Source: a virus
Taxonomy: Duplodnaviria; Caudoviricetes
DNA: 64,000 bases
Direction: 5' to 3' (one strand)
IMG/VR virus record: IMGVR_UViG_3300020037_005233
Span: 32,001 to 96,000 of that record
The notes beneath the pieces were generated by a model that saw only the letters and a program-made list of their open reading frames with translations, was not told the origin of the DNA and made no database searches. Position numbers and translations under genes: made by a program. How positions within the stretch are numbered: the first letter of the stretch is position 1; every line of letters starts with the position of its first letter. Positions 37,045-46,920 of this stretch are shown here, one piece after another.

Positions 37045-38163
37045 TTAATAAAGTGCGCTATCGGCTGACTGAGATGAAGGCAATTTGCCGTCCCCAGCCT
37101 GCGGTAATAGCTCGGCCGGTGCCTCAAATACTGGAGGTGCTGGCTTCTTAGCTTCTTTGAGTTTCTTCTGAAGTACTGCAACCATAGAGTTTACGTCTGC
37201 AAACGCCTTGGCTGTAGCAACCCTGATTTCCTCACTGTTTGTCTTACCTGTCAACTGGCAGAGCTGTTCAAATAATGGTGCCGCAGCCTCATGATTTGCG
37301 CGCTCTCTTAAGATATCCTCTTCCGTTGGTTGTGGAGCAGACAGCATCGTCTGAGTCGCTGGTGCTTCTAACTGCGCCACTTCAGGAGAAGGGAGTGAGA
37401 ATCCAACAACTCGAGTGTATGGTCTTCCTCTAAGAGCCTGTAGTGATAGCATGTCTTCTGCACTGATTTTTTCACCATACTCTCTAATATAGGTTTCAAA
37501 ATCCACGGACTCGACATGAACTACTGGTGCAGGTCTTGTGCCTTTCTTACCGTTATACTCGTATGGAACAGGAACTTCTTTTTTAAACATTCTGAAGATC
37601 TGACCGCTGAGCTTGCCACCATACCTGATCTGCGCTTTTTGTAGTGCAGACACGGTATTCATAAGTGCTAGGATGGACGCACTGTCTAAGGTGAAAACCG
37701 CACCCATAGAATAGTGTGGGATCATTACATTAAGAAACATATGCTCACCGCACATACTCTTAATGTAATCGGGGCAAGATTTGTACTGGCACTTACGTAC
37801 TCTAGCTCCCTGTACATGTGGGAACGGCACCTGAGACACACCAGGATCGTTGCCAAAAGCCATGTAAGCTGCAACAGCTCCCATGTCGTTACCGTCTAAG
37901 TCTTTAGCCCCGTGCATACTCTTACAAACGAGCTCATGCTTTTTGTAGTATCTGAGGTCATCCTGCATAGACTCCTCAGGTACATCTGAGTGCAGGGTGA
38001 ACATAATTGAAGTAGGGGTTTCGCCTAAAATTGGAATCAGCTGTGGGGCATCATGCAGCAGAAAATGTGGTGAGTTTTTTGGATTCCCTTTTTCGTCTTT
38101 GAATCCGGCCCTAATTTTTCCGTCGCGTCTGAGTAGTGGTTTATCTGTTAGTCCAATGATCAT
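37045..38163 (-). CDS. Phage recombination protein (gp3-like family)
   Basis: MIIGLTD..L.R.GKIR.G start, LVCKS, C...CP, GAVFTLDS. Confidence 0.6.
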   Translation of the reverse strand: MIIGLTDKPLLRRDGKIRAGFKDEKGNPKNSPHFLLHDAPQLIPILGETPTSIMFTLHSDVPEESMQDDLRYYKKHELVCKSMHGAKDLDGNDMGAVAAYMAFGNDPGVSQVPFPHVQGARVRKCQYKSCPDYIKSMCGEHMFLNVMIPHYSMGAVFTLDSASILALMNTVSALQKAQIRYGGKLSGQIFRMFKKEVPVPYEYNGKKGTRPAPVVHVESVDFETYIREYGEKISAEDMLSLQALRGRPYTRVVGFSLPSPEVAQLEAPATQTMLSAPQPTEEDILRERANHEAAAPLFEQLCQLTGKTNSEEIRVATAKAFADVNSMVAVLQKKLKEAKKPAPPVFEAPAELLPQAGDGKLPSSQSADSALY

Positions 38164-39375
38164 ATAAAAATACCTCTCCCATAATAATGGGCAGAACCGA
38201 AGGAAGCTCGTTGCGAAACAACGTCTTCCGTTTTAAGGTAGGCGTTGTGCCTACCAAAGAATAAACCTATGCTAGTACGTGAAGTCAAACTAAAACCTAC
38301 CGCAAAACAAACCAAGGCTATTGATACAGCTCTTTGGCAGATGGTGTCTGTGTATAATACTGCGTTAGCAAAATGCTTCATAAGACTGCGTGCAGGACAT
38401 ATACCCACTCCTTTTGACCTGATAGCTATGTTTACAGGGCACGGGAAAAAGGCAGGTTTGAACCAGAACGCTATTCAGATGTGCTGCTACTCTGTTAGGG
38501 AGGCTTTTGACCGCTGGCTCCATCAAGATAATAGTGGTAAACGCCTCGGAAAGCCCCGTAAGAAGTCTGCTAGAAACAAAATAACTACGATCATCTACGG
38601 GCAGGCATCTAGAGTAACACATCCTAAAGACCGGCGTGTAAACGTACCGGGGTTTGGTAAGATCAGGTGTTCCGGTAATGAAATACCGGCGGGTAAGGTA
38701 ATGGGTGGTCGCCTTGTACGCCGCGCCTCTGGTTATTACTTCCAGTTTGTGGTTGATATTGTCCACACACAAGAACTCGTGAGCGACGCTCCTGCGGTAG
38801 GTATTGACCCGGGATTTAGTTCTCTTCTCACCCTCTCTGATGGAAGGAAGTTTGAGAATCCTAGAGAGCTTCGAAAAACGGCGGCAAGGCTTGCACAGGC
38901 ACAGCGAGGCAAAAACAAAAAACTTGTGGCTAGAATACACGAGCGTCTGCAAAGACAGCGTAAAGACAGGAACCACAAAATAAGTCATGATGTTGTAAAG
39001 AACTATGCCGAGATTTACGCTTCCAAAGACTCTTTTAAAGGTATGCAAACCCTTTTCGGAAAGAGTGTGACAGAAGCAAGTCTTGGGAGTTTGCTCGCAA
39101 TGATCGCCTATAAATCGCAGTCCTGCGGTAGGCAATTCAGGTGGGTAAACTCTAGGAACACCACGCGAACGTGCTCGGCCTGTTATTCCCTTGCAGGACC
39201 AACTGGGCTAAGTATGCTTGCGGTGAGGACGTGGGGATGTGGGTGTGGTGCCCAGCATGATCGGGATATTAATGCCGCTCAAGTGATCCTACGTTCCGGG
39301 CAGGGTATGCCCGCCAGCGTGAAAGTTTATTCTGTCGTCTGAGCGCTATGCCTGGGCCACATATTTGCATATCAC
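38164..39375 (+). mobile_element. Solo-TnpB (IS1341-like, IS200/IS605 family) element
   Basis: Antisense to operon; structured left end; TCAC-ended right end; deletion rejoins promoter/SD to the recombination gene ATG; boundaries uncertain by a few nt. Confidence 0.7.
38245..39342 (+). CDS. tnpB: RNA-guided endonuclease TnpB family
   Basis: KLKPT..Q HTH, VGIDPG RuvC-I, TTRTCSAC/CGCG zinc finger, HDRDINAA RuvC-III; RuvC-II Glu appears replaced. Confidence 0.9.
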   Translation: MCLPKNKPMLVREVKLKPTAKQTKAIDTALWQMVSVYNTALAKCFIRLRAGHIPTPFDLIAMFTGHGKKAGLNQNAIQMCCYSVREAFDRWLHQDNSGKRLGKPRKKSARNKITTIIYGQASRVTHPKDRRVNVPGFGKIRCSGNEIPAGKVMGGRLVRRASGYYFQFVVDIVHTQELVSDAPAVGIDPGFSSLLTLSDGRKFENPRELRKTAARLAQAQRGKNKKLVARIHERLQRQRKDRNHKISHDVVKNYAEIYASKDSFKGMQTLFGKSVTEASLGSLLAMIAYKSQSCGRQFRWVNSRNTTRTCSACYSLAGPTGLSMLAVRTWGCGCGAQHDRDINAAQVILRSGQGMPASVKVYSVV

Positions 39376-39394
39376 TAATGTTTCTCCTAATAAA

Positions 39395-39423
39395 CGTATA
39401 ACCTAAATTAGGCATTTTTTGCC
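39395..39423 (-). promoter_or_regulatory. Phage promoter copy 7 with orphan SD (AGGAG at 39384-39388)
   Basis: GGCAAA-N17-TATACG. Confidence 0.7.
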
Positions 39424-39441
39424 TAATTAGTCAACAGGTAT

Positions 39442-39966
39442 TCAAAGTCCCGCGGCTCTAATAATCTGTTCAACGCGCTGCTTGCTTAGCCCAAACCGTT
39501 TACCTAGTTTCTGCATCGTTGTCCTGTGCTCTAGGTTTAGCTTCCAGAGCTGTACAATCTCACTATCCCTGTGTGCTCCTGAAATCCCGTAAGAGATGCT
39601 GTGGGCGGGATTATGACACCACTCGTTTCCGCAAGTCATCTTACCCCAATGGTGCCCAGCATTATCGTACCCGAGATAAAGCAGCACCGCTCTTTTTGGT
39701 TTTATGTTGGGTTTTGTACCGTTCAGATAGACGCTGTCTGTGGGGCCCGTCCATTTAATGCACTGCCCGTCCTTGTAAACGATGTAACCCTCTACCTTGT
39801 CTTTCCAGCTATTGGTGCTGTATTTAGCAAGAGGTACATCAGTCTTTAAAGACACTCTATAGACGGTGCCGTAGGGAATCCCTAGCCGTTTAGCTATAGA
39901 AGTCCTTCCCTCTCCTGCTTTTAGTGCACGCACTATCTCAGGCGCGTTAGACGTATACAGAGCCAC
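39442..39966 (-). CDS. HTH + His-Me/HNH-like zinc loop + HTH protein (homing endonuclease-like)
   Basis: SIAKRLGIPYGTVY; CIKWTG...CGNEWCHNPAH; LGKRFGLSKQRVEQII. Confidence 0.6.
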   Translation of the reverse strand: MALYTSNAPEIVRALKAGEGRTSIAKRLGIPYGTVYRVSLKTDVPLAKYSTNSWKDKVEGYIVYKDGQCIKWTGPTDSVYLNGTKPNIKPKRAVLLYLGYDNAGHHWGKMTCGNEWCHNPAHSISYGISGAHRDSEIVQLWKLNLEHRTTMQKLGKRFGLSKQRVEQIIRAAGL

Positions 39967-40137
39967 TTACTCAGCCTCTAGCTCGGTAATGCGCGCCTTA
40001 ACAACTTCCATCTCTGACTCGATACGGCGTACATCCTCAGCCGCTGTCTTCACCATAGTAGCAGCACGCAGATCATTGTACTTAGTTCTTAGTTCGGTCA
40101 GTAACTCAGCCTTTTCAACGCCTAATTTTTCCATCAT
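39967..40137 (-). CDS. Small coiled-coil protein with VKTA site
   Basis: MEKLGV...MVKTAA. Confidence 0.55.
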   Translation of the reverse strand: MMEKLGVEKAELLTELRTKYNDLRAATMVKTAAEDVRRIESEMEVVKARITELEAE

Positions 40138-40188
40138 ATGTGTATCCCCTGACAAAACTAAACACTGCCAGGCTACACAAAGTCAAGT

Positions 40189-40416
40189 TTACTGGAGATC
40201 TTTTTTAGGTGGAGGATCAAGCTGGATCTGGATGTTGTCGTCGACAATAAGTTTTAGTGTCGTGCCTATGATTAGGAGTGCCTCTGATAACCTAAGCTGG
40301 TTATCTAAAATCAACCTATTTTGCTCGAGGCTATTATTGGAGAACTGGCCTTTTTCAACTGCCTCCGCCAACTTCTCGTGAATCTGATTGAACGCCTGAA
40401 GTATGTCCGTTGCCAT
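40189..40416 (-). CDS. Hypothetical protein
   Basis: GGGAG SD. Confidence 0.55.
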   Translation of the reverse strand: MATDILQAFNQIHEKLAEAVEKGQFSNNSLEQNRLILDNQLRLSEALLIIGTTLKLIVDDNIQIQLDPPPKKDLQ

Positions 40417-40741
40417 AGGGCTCCCCTTCCATGGTGTCCTGGCTGTAAGCTAGAAGCACCCCATCCTTCAATCCCTGAAGGTAGGATTCCTGAAGGCTTG
40501 CCACTAAGGCTACCTCCAGCGCTGTCTTGGCTATTGCTGAGGCACCGGGGTGCCCCTGCTTTATGGTATCACGGGCAGTGCGTAGAGGTCTAAAACTACT
40601 GTTAAGGCTTGTGGACTCAAATATAGCCCTTCCGTTCTCGTCATGTGGGAGTTTGCAGGCACGGCATAGCAAAAAAACTGTTTGGTCCATGCGATTTATA
40701 GTGTCTAAACCACCCTGACACTTCTTGCACAGATGCGTCAT
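40355..40741 (-). CDS. Zn-ribbon hypothetical protein
   Basis: CKKC...CRAC. Confidence 0.55.
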   Translation of the reverse strand: MTHLCKKCQGGLDTINRMDQTVFLLCRACKLPHDENGRAIFESTSLNSSFRPLRTARDTIKQGHPGASAIAKTALEVALVASLQESYLQGLKDGVLLAYSQDTMEGEPYGNGHTSGVQSDSREVGGGS

Positions 40742-41334
40742 GAGAAGAAGCCACCGTCCTCGTCTCCTGTGTGCTCCACAATTTTTACCCTGGGAGCTGC
40801 CGAGTTAAACGCCATGGCTGCTGCTTTAGCGCCGCCGGACTTACCGTAGCCACCCAACTTCTTAGGGGCGGCAACACCTAAAGATGCGTCTAGGAATGCG
40901 TCTGCGTCCTCTCCAACGTCTTTAGTGTTGTAATCAAATGCAGACTTAAACGCCTCTTCTTCAGCGTCTACAGGAGCCTGTTTTCTCACAACCTTAGGCG
41001 CTGCTTTGGGGGCGTGATCTTCTTCAACCTGCTCTGCAAGAGACTTAACTTCTTCGTCGGCTCCGTCACCACTAAGTTCGTGCCCACTGACTTCGTCATG
41101 GAACACCTCTTCTTGCTCAGGCTGAGCTACGTCTGACTTCTCAGCTAACTCCTGAAACAGCGGGCGCTCTCCAGCATAGGCTCCAAGCTCTCTTAAGCAC
41201 TCATCGGTGAGCATACGATCAATCAGGCCTGTGAGCACTCCCTCGATCTCTGGTACTGTCTTCCCAGTAAGCATCGCGTATGCTTTAAGTTTTCGCAGCG
41301 TGCCATCGTTCAGTGTAAGTGTTAATTCTGCCAT
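40738..41334 (-). CDS. Ribbon-helix-helix-like protein with acidic tail
   Basis: ELTLTLNDGTLRKLKAYAMLTGKT. Confidence 0.55.
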   Translation of the reverse strand: MAELTLTLNDGTLRKLKAYAMLTGKTVPEIEGVLTGLIDRMLTDECLRELGAYAGERPLFQELAEKSDVAQPEQEEVFHDEVSGHELSGDGADEEVKSLAEQVEEDHAPKAAPKVVRKQAPVDAEEEAFKSAFDYNTKDVGEDADAFLDASLGVAAPKKLGGYGKSGGAKAAAMAFNSAAPRVKIVEHTGDEDGGFFS

Positions 41335-41350
41335 AATGTATCTCCTAAAG

Positions 41351-41425
41351 TGGCTGGCGATCCAGGGATCGAACCTGGGACACCTCGGTTAACAGCCGAG
41401 TGCTATACCTCTTAGCTAATCGCCA
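41351..41425 (-). tRNA. tRNA-Asn (GTT) with encoded CCA
   Basis: TGGCGAT/ATCGCCA acceptor, CTCGG-CTGTTAA-CCGAG anticodon arm, CCAGG-TTCGATC-CCTGG T arm. Confidence 0.95.
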
Positions 41426-42672
41426 TCAATCTTTGCGTTTCCAAACCTTGTTTCCTCGTCCGTCGTCTACAAGGTGATATTTGTAAACATGCCCTGCACG
41501 CATCTTTAAAGTCAATTCCAATCCAGTGACTCCGTGAGTACTCAGGCTGTTCCTTACCTCGGCAACGACTCTTCCGGTCTTTGTACTGAAGACCTCGTCA
41601 GAGAACTCGTACTCCTGCATATTCTTAGCCATGAAGGTCATAAGCTCTTTAATGCTTCTGTAGAACACGATCGTGTGTGTACCAATAGCGTCGTGATTAG
41701 GGCAGCCTAAGTAGTACCCTGTTGTGGCAACAAACTTAACTTTTTTCATCACGTACCTCTTTTGCCCACAACCACAAATCGTACAAAACACGTACAGGCA
41801 AAATCAGCCAAGTACAGCTCGCCCATACCAAAGCACTGAGAAAGCCAGTAGCCAGCATGTCAGCTGCAATAAGCCCCACAGCGACTGCGTAGACAATGAA
41901 TAAAATCATCCAACCCATATTGTGTCTCCTACCCAAGCATCTGTTATTTAGGTCTATAACTCAAGACGAATAGTAACTCGTCCATAACAGCTCTAAACCC
42001 ACTCGTTTTGCACTGTGCCTCGGCCGCCTCTTCACTTAACAGCGGCCCCTTGACAGACTCGTGTGGTTCTAAATGCCCTACCGGTAAACAACAAACCCTG
42101 TAGTTTAAATCCAGTTTTCCACAAATCACGTCCCGCATAAACTACTCCTCAGCAAACGGCAATAGGCCGAAGGTTCTTGCAACAGCCTCTGGACTTGGTT
42201 TCTTCCAATTAAGTATCTGGCCGGTTTCAAGATCGATGTCTAGTTCTAGATAGTCTCCGCCCCCATCAGGTAGCCATGAGGGGACGTACCCACCGTCCAG
42301 TACAGCTATCTGTTTTCCTTCCTCTGGCATTAGCGTGTAGTGACCGCTATCACGCAGCTTTGCATGAATTTGTATAGAGCGCGCTTCTACTGTTTCTACA
42401 ACTTGCTTTGGTATCTTCATAATGTGTTTCCTCTCGCGTCATACGCATATACATGCATATTTTTAATCAAAACTCGCTCGTATATGTATATTTAATGTAT
42501 ACCATTGAAATCAAACAACTAATCTGTTTGTGGCCACAACCAATTATACATACATGAAAAAAGACTCCGAATAACGCATCGGAGTAACCGCGCTCACGTT
42601 CCTGTTTTCTGGGCTACCCATCGCCATGGCTTACCTCTATCGTCCCGTAAACAACCCTTAGGTCCTAAAAAG

Positions 42673-43080
42673 TTAAACTGCCGAAGTACCTTCTACACCA
42701 CGAGCAGTTCTATTTTCTGTCCTTTTTAGTTGGTAGTGCAATGCTTCGCTAAGATGGAAAATAGTCTCGGCGTTTTGCACACAAGGATACTTCACCTGTA
42801 ACTGTTCAATCATGTGCTTTGCAGCTGCGATAAGCGTAGTCACCTGACAGCCGTTAACACCAGCCTCTTTAACAGGCCCGTTTTGAATCGTGAACGCGAT
42901 GCTATTTTTATCGTGTCTTACATAGACAAAATTATGAGGTCTGATTGTCTCCTCAAACCAGACATGATCCATCGCCCCTGTTTCTGTAAAACGCTCTGGG
43001 TGCTTCTCCCTTAAATCATCCATTGTAACTACGTCAAACCCATCTAACTTAGTCACGCCCTTCATTGTCTCTAGTGCCAT
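42673..43080 (-). CDS. Tad1-like immune-signal sponge protein
   Basis: FTIQNGPVKEAGVNG...PCVQNAETIFHLSEAL....RTENRTARGVEGT fits the Tad1 C-terminal pattern. Confidence 0.7.
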   Translation of the reverse strand: MALETMKGVTKLDGFDVVTMDDLREKHPERFTETGAMDHVWFEETIRPHNFVYVRHDKNSIAFTIQNGPVKEAGVNGCQVTTLIAAAKHMIEQLQVKYPCVQNAETIFHLSEALHYQLKRTENRTARGVEGTSAV

Positions 43081-45150
43081 AATATATAATCTCCTTTTAC
43101 AACGTTCTTAATCGAAGGTTTCTTACACCTACACTCCTCAAACCATCAGGTAAGGCACTTCACGTCATCGCACGGAAAATCTCCTTTAGCATACACCTTT
43201 GCCCGCACAAGAACCTGCCAAGCTCAAGAGTGTTTCCGTTCTTTATGTCCTTAACCGTCTCCACCACCATTATCACACACACCGTAAAACTTAACCACAA
43301 CGGCATAGATAGTATAAGTGTCCAATTACTTACAGCGATCAGCAATTGCTTTATTTTTGTCATACTCTCCGCTTTCTTTTGATTTTAATAATAGCTCAAG
43401 CTCATGGTGTTGCTGGATGTCTCGCTCTACTAAATCAACTATAGATTCAGAAAAGTTGCGCTCCTCAAGCGCCTGATACAAAGTCACCTGCTTATCCAAG
43501 CACATACTAATGATCTGGCTACACTGTTTCTCAGTTAAGTACACCTTGATCATGTGGGGTCACCACCAGAACTACGATAAACATTACCTCTAGCGTCCAC
43601 AACATCCCAAGCACCGCCAGGTGTTACGTTGTCGGGGGCAGCGGCGGCCGCCTCATCTGGAGTGGAAAACGAGTTACCACAATGAGCTTTTACCGCCTCA
43701 TCAGTGGTCTCGTCCTCTTCTCTGATATAGAACAAAGCCGCCTGCTTAAACTCATCGCGCTCCTGCATCATGTCTCCGTACGCTATCCCACCCACACGCA
43801 AACCATTGACAGCATTAGGCCACGCTTTTAAAATCCACTCCGCCTTTTCAGGGTCATCAATAATCACCCTTAGTGTCATCATTTCATCCTTCTTCATACA
43901 TGTCCTTAGGTACAGTTTCTAGTGCAGTTAGAGCCATAACAGCCTTAGAGATAGCCTCCAACGCGGCAACGTTTTCTAAGTGGGTTCTATCAATGATCAT
44001 GATTCGTTTATAAAGAATATCCTTAAATTCGCTTATGCGGTTTATGTGCATAATTCACTCCCTGTCCTCTGCTTTAGCCATAAGAAGTTCATGTCCGTAG
44101 CTGTTAAAAGCAACATCTATCTGATCGATATCGATGCCTCCCTGTACGCTGTCTAAAAACTCTACGTACAGATCTCCGTGTTTCTCTATGAGGTTCTGTA
44201 ATCTATCAACCATCTGACTAGCTTTCATTGGTGTCTCTCCAAAGTGGTATCTTTATATAAAGATTCGCTCCGCAAAAGAACACGATTACTGACAGCATCC
44301 TGTATAAGTGCTTATCACTGTATCGCAGCTTAAAAACAGGCGTAGAGATAGTAAAACCAGCCCCGATAGCTGGGCCAAAGAAGTCTCCTGTAATCACACT
44401 CAGATCCCAGTCAAACGGCCTCACTTGTCACCTGCCTTTTGTAACACCCACTTAGCAAGCTTAACAGCTTCCTTTGTAGTAAGTTCATCGTGTGCGCAGC
44501 TAAACTTGAAGGCCATCCCGAAGAACTTAGCCTGTTTTCCTCTAATCATTATAGTGTCTGGTCTAGCAATCTTTTCAAAATCTATGTGCTCTCTTAATGC
44601 CCATGTAGGGACATTGTACGTGTGCCGATGTCTTAAAACAGTTACCATGCCACTCATGCTGTCATACACCTCAAGCACATCCACTTTCTTTCCACCTAGC
44701 TGGTTGATTATATGTGTACGTAAGTGTGCGTCTGGAGCTTTCTTGTCACCCATATATAACGCAGAATAACTTTCCTTAAACCCCTCAGATAAGAGTTCTT
44801 CTTTAGTTTTGAATATTGCTTTCATTTTTTCCCCTCTAGCTTCGCTTTTAATGCCGCATTCTCGACCTTAAGTTTTCTAATGTTTGTGTGAATGTTGCCC
44901 ACATCTGGCTCTCCGTTCACGTAATCAAATTCGCTGGCATACGCTATACGGCAAGCCTTCAGGCAGTTTACTTCGTTTTCCAGCACACTTATCTTGTCCT
45001 CAAACGGGCCTATAGGAACCACCCTCTTCAAACATGCTTTGCACGTAACCTCATACTGCCTGAATGTAGTGAACCTGTCTGCGTGAAATGAGATATCTTT
45101 CCCGCAGCTAGCCCGCCTAACCACACCCTCAAAACGATCAACTAAATGAA

Positions 45151-45381
45151 TTACAACTGGCACAAATCTCCCCCTCCACACCTACATGTATAAAAATCAC
45201 AGTTAGGGCACCTGTCCTTGTCATAGTTTTGGTGTGCTTCAAACCTGCGCACCAAAATAGACTTAGGACCGTGAATGCTAATGGCTACTTCGTTTCTGCC
45301 CTTGATTTCTTTTATTGTAACCACGATCTCGTCTGAGATAATGATGCTCTCCCCGTTTCGCCTTTTAATATGTAGTCCCAT
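45151..45381 (-). CDS. csrA: CsrA/RsmA-like RNA-binding protein with Cys-rich tail
   Basis: L.IKRRNGESIII.DEIVVTI..IKG..V.I.I.GPKSI.V.R.E. Confidence 0.85.
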   Translation of the reverse strand: MGLHIKRRNGESIIISDEIVVTIKEIKGRNEVAISIHGPKSILVRRFEAHQNYDKDRCPNCDFYTCRCGGGDLCQL

Positions 45382-46027
45382 TGCTCTGGTACCATTTACA
45401 CCTTTCGCAGGAACCGCATGCAGTGCCTAGTTTAATGCTGCCCCTGCAACAGGGAGTTGTGAACTCAGGCACCTCTAGCACCGGCGCTTCGAATGCCTGT
45501 ATCTCAACCCTAAGCCACCCAATAACAGGTAACACACTGATCGTGTTCTCCCACTGCGTTGCACCGTGCGGGGCCATGAAGGGCTTCACCCAAAAAATAT
45601 TATCGCCTGTGGCTACAGTCTCTGTTAAACCGCGTGTAATACCGGCGACAGAAACTTCGTTATTTTTTTCCTGTGCTGTCTCTAGCTGCTTTTTTCTCAT
45701 ATAGTTTCCCCACTTTTTGCTGGTATATTGCCCCGAATCACGCATCGGGGCAACCGCGTTCACATCCCATAGACTTACTTCGATGGCCCCTGCCCCTTGG
45801 ATACGTCGATAGTTTTTGACTTACTCTGCTTCACAAACCCAGGAAGGCTCTTCACTGGCTTGATCCCGTTCATCTGTGAAATCTCTATCTCTGTCCTAAG
45901 CACACGCATGATCTCTCTTGATTGCGAGGCGATGGCGTTAGCTTCTGGTGCTTTAATCTTCCTCTTTCTGATATCCTTCATCGTCTTAAATAAGATGTTC
46001 TTAAGCGCTTGTGCTGTTAAAGTGTCT

Positions 46028-46468
46028 TTACTCATTGTTTTTATCCTCTTTTGTTACTTGTAATAATTGTTTGGTCATCTTGTGGCATTCCCAGTACTCA
46101 CCAAAGCGAGTCTTTGAATACTGATCTTTTCGTCCTTCTAAGTATTTACTTCTGTTATTTAACCTCCATCGTTTATTTTTAAGCCAGTTCTTTAAAGGGT
46201 TACTCTGCGCCCACAAGTATTTATCTGCAGAAACCTTCTCGCTATTTTTCTCGCTATACCTTTTCGCAGAGGCTTTCTTAAGAGCTTTGAAATGTTCTGG
46301 GTCACGCTCTTTGTACGCTTTCTTCCATGCTCTGACCTTAGCTTTGTTTTCTGTGTGCCAGCTTCTTGATTTTACTTTTAAACACTCAGCGCATTTCCTT
46401 ATTGCTGGCGGCTTATCCAACAGAGCACAGGATGAGCAGAGGTACTTTCTCTTAATAGTTTCTTTCAT
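46028..46468 (-). CDS. Basic Zn-finger protein like the N-terminal part of HNH homing endonucleases
   Basis: CSSC...CAEC then K/R/W/Y-rich helices; no HNH visible. Confidence 0.5.
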   Translation of the reverse strand: MKETIKRKYLCSSCALLDKPPAIRKCAECLKVKSRSWHTENKAKVRAWKKAYKERDPEHFKALKKASAKRYSEKNSEKVSADKYLWAQSNPLKNWLKNKRWRLNNRSKYLEGRKDQYSKTRFGEYWECHKMTKQLLQVTKEDKNNE

Positions 46469-46538
46469 TCATGTAATCTCCTCCGCACTAAAGCTTAAAA
46501 TCATGTGCGCAAACACCTCAAATGCAGTGACCTTGTCG

Positions 46539-46886
46539 TCAGGGTCCTTGGTGTGTACTACCACAAGGTTTCAACCTGTTTTGCATAAGCCTAAGATCTA
46601 GCCGACTAATTTTAGTGGCTTTGTGGACAGATAGGGTTTGCTCACCAAGATCAAACATTCTCTTCACCTGAGTAAGCATGATCTATACATCAACAACCTC
46701 GTCAATTATTTTCATCTTCTCTTCATCAGACAAACAAGTCCTGTCCTTGTACTTAGCCAGTACCTGAATAAGTTCGGCGCACTCTTCAATTGCTTTCACC
46801 ACCTGCGCGTCTTTGCCCCAAACATCTATAGCTTCGGCACAGACCTGTTCTTCATAAATTGTCATAGTTAGTCCTGGTTTCTTCAT
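46539..46886 (-). CDS. MazG-like NTP pyrophosphohydrolase with in-frame TAG at 46683-46685
   Basis: WG..AQ..KAIEECAELIQ..AK...IIDEVVDV*IMLTQ, frame open to TGA at 46539. Confidence 0.65.
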
Positions 46887-46891
46887 ATATT

Positions 46892-46920
46892 CTTATACCT
46901 GAATAATTGATTAATTTTCC
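46892..46920 (-). promoter_or_regulatory. Phage promoter copy 8
   Basis: GGAAAA-N17-TATAAG. Confidence 0.7.

Noticed and set aside
38365-39135. 256-aa antisense ORF inside tnpB
   Set aside because: No SD or recognisable motifs; shadow frame
38164-39375. IStron (group I intron + TnpB)
   Set aside because: Non-coding ends are too short for a group I core and the element is antisense to the host gene
42544-42627. 27-aa minus-strand ORF (MAMGSPEN...) or CsrB-like sponge RNA
   Set aside because: The ORF runs through a terminator, and there are too few GGA loops for a Csr sponge
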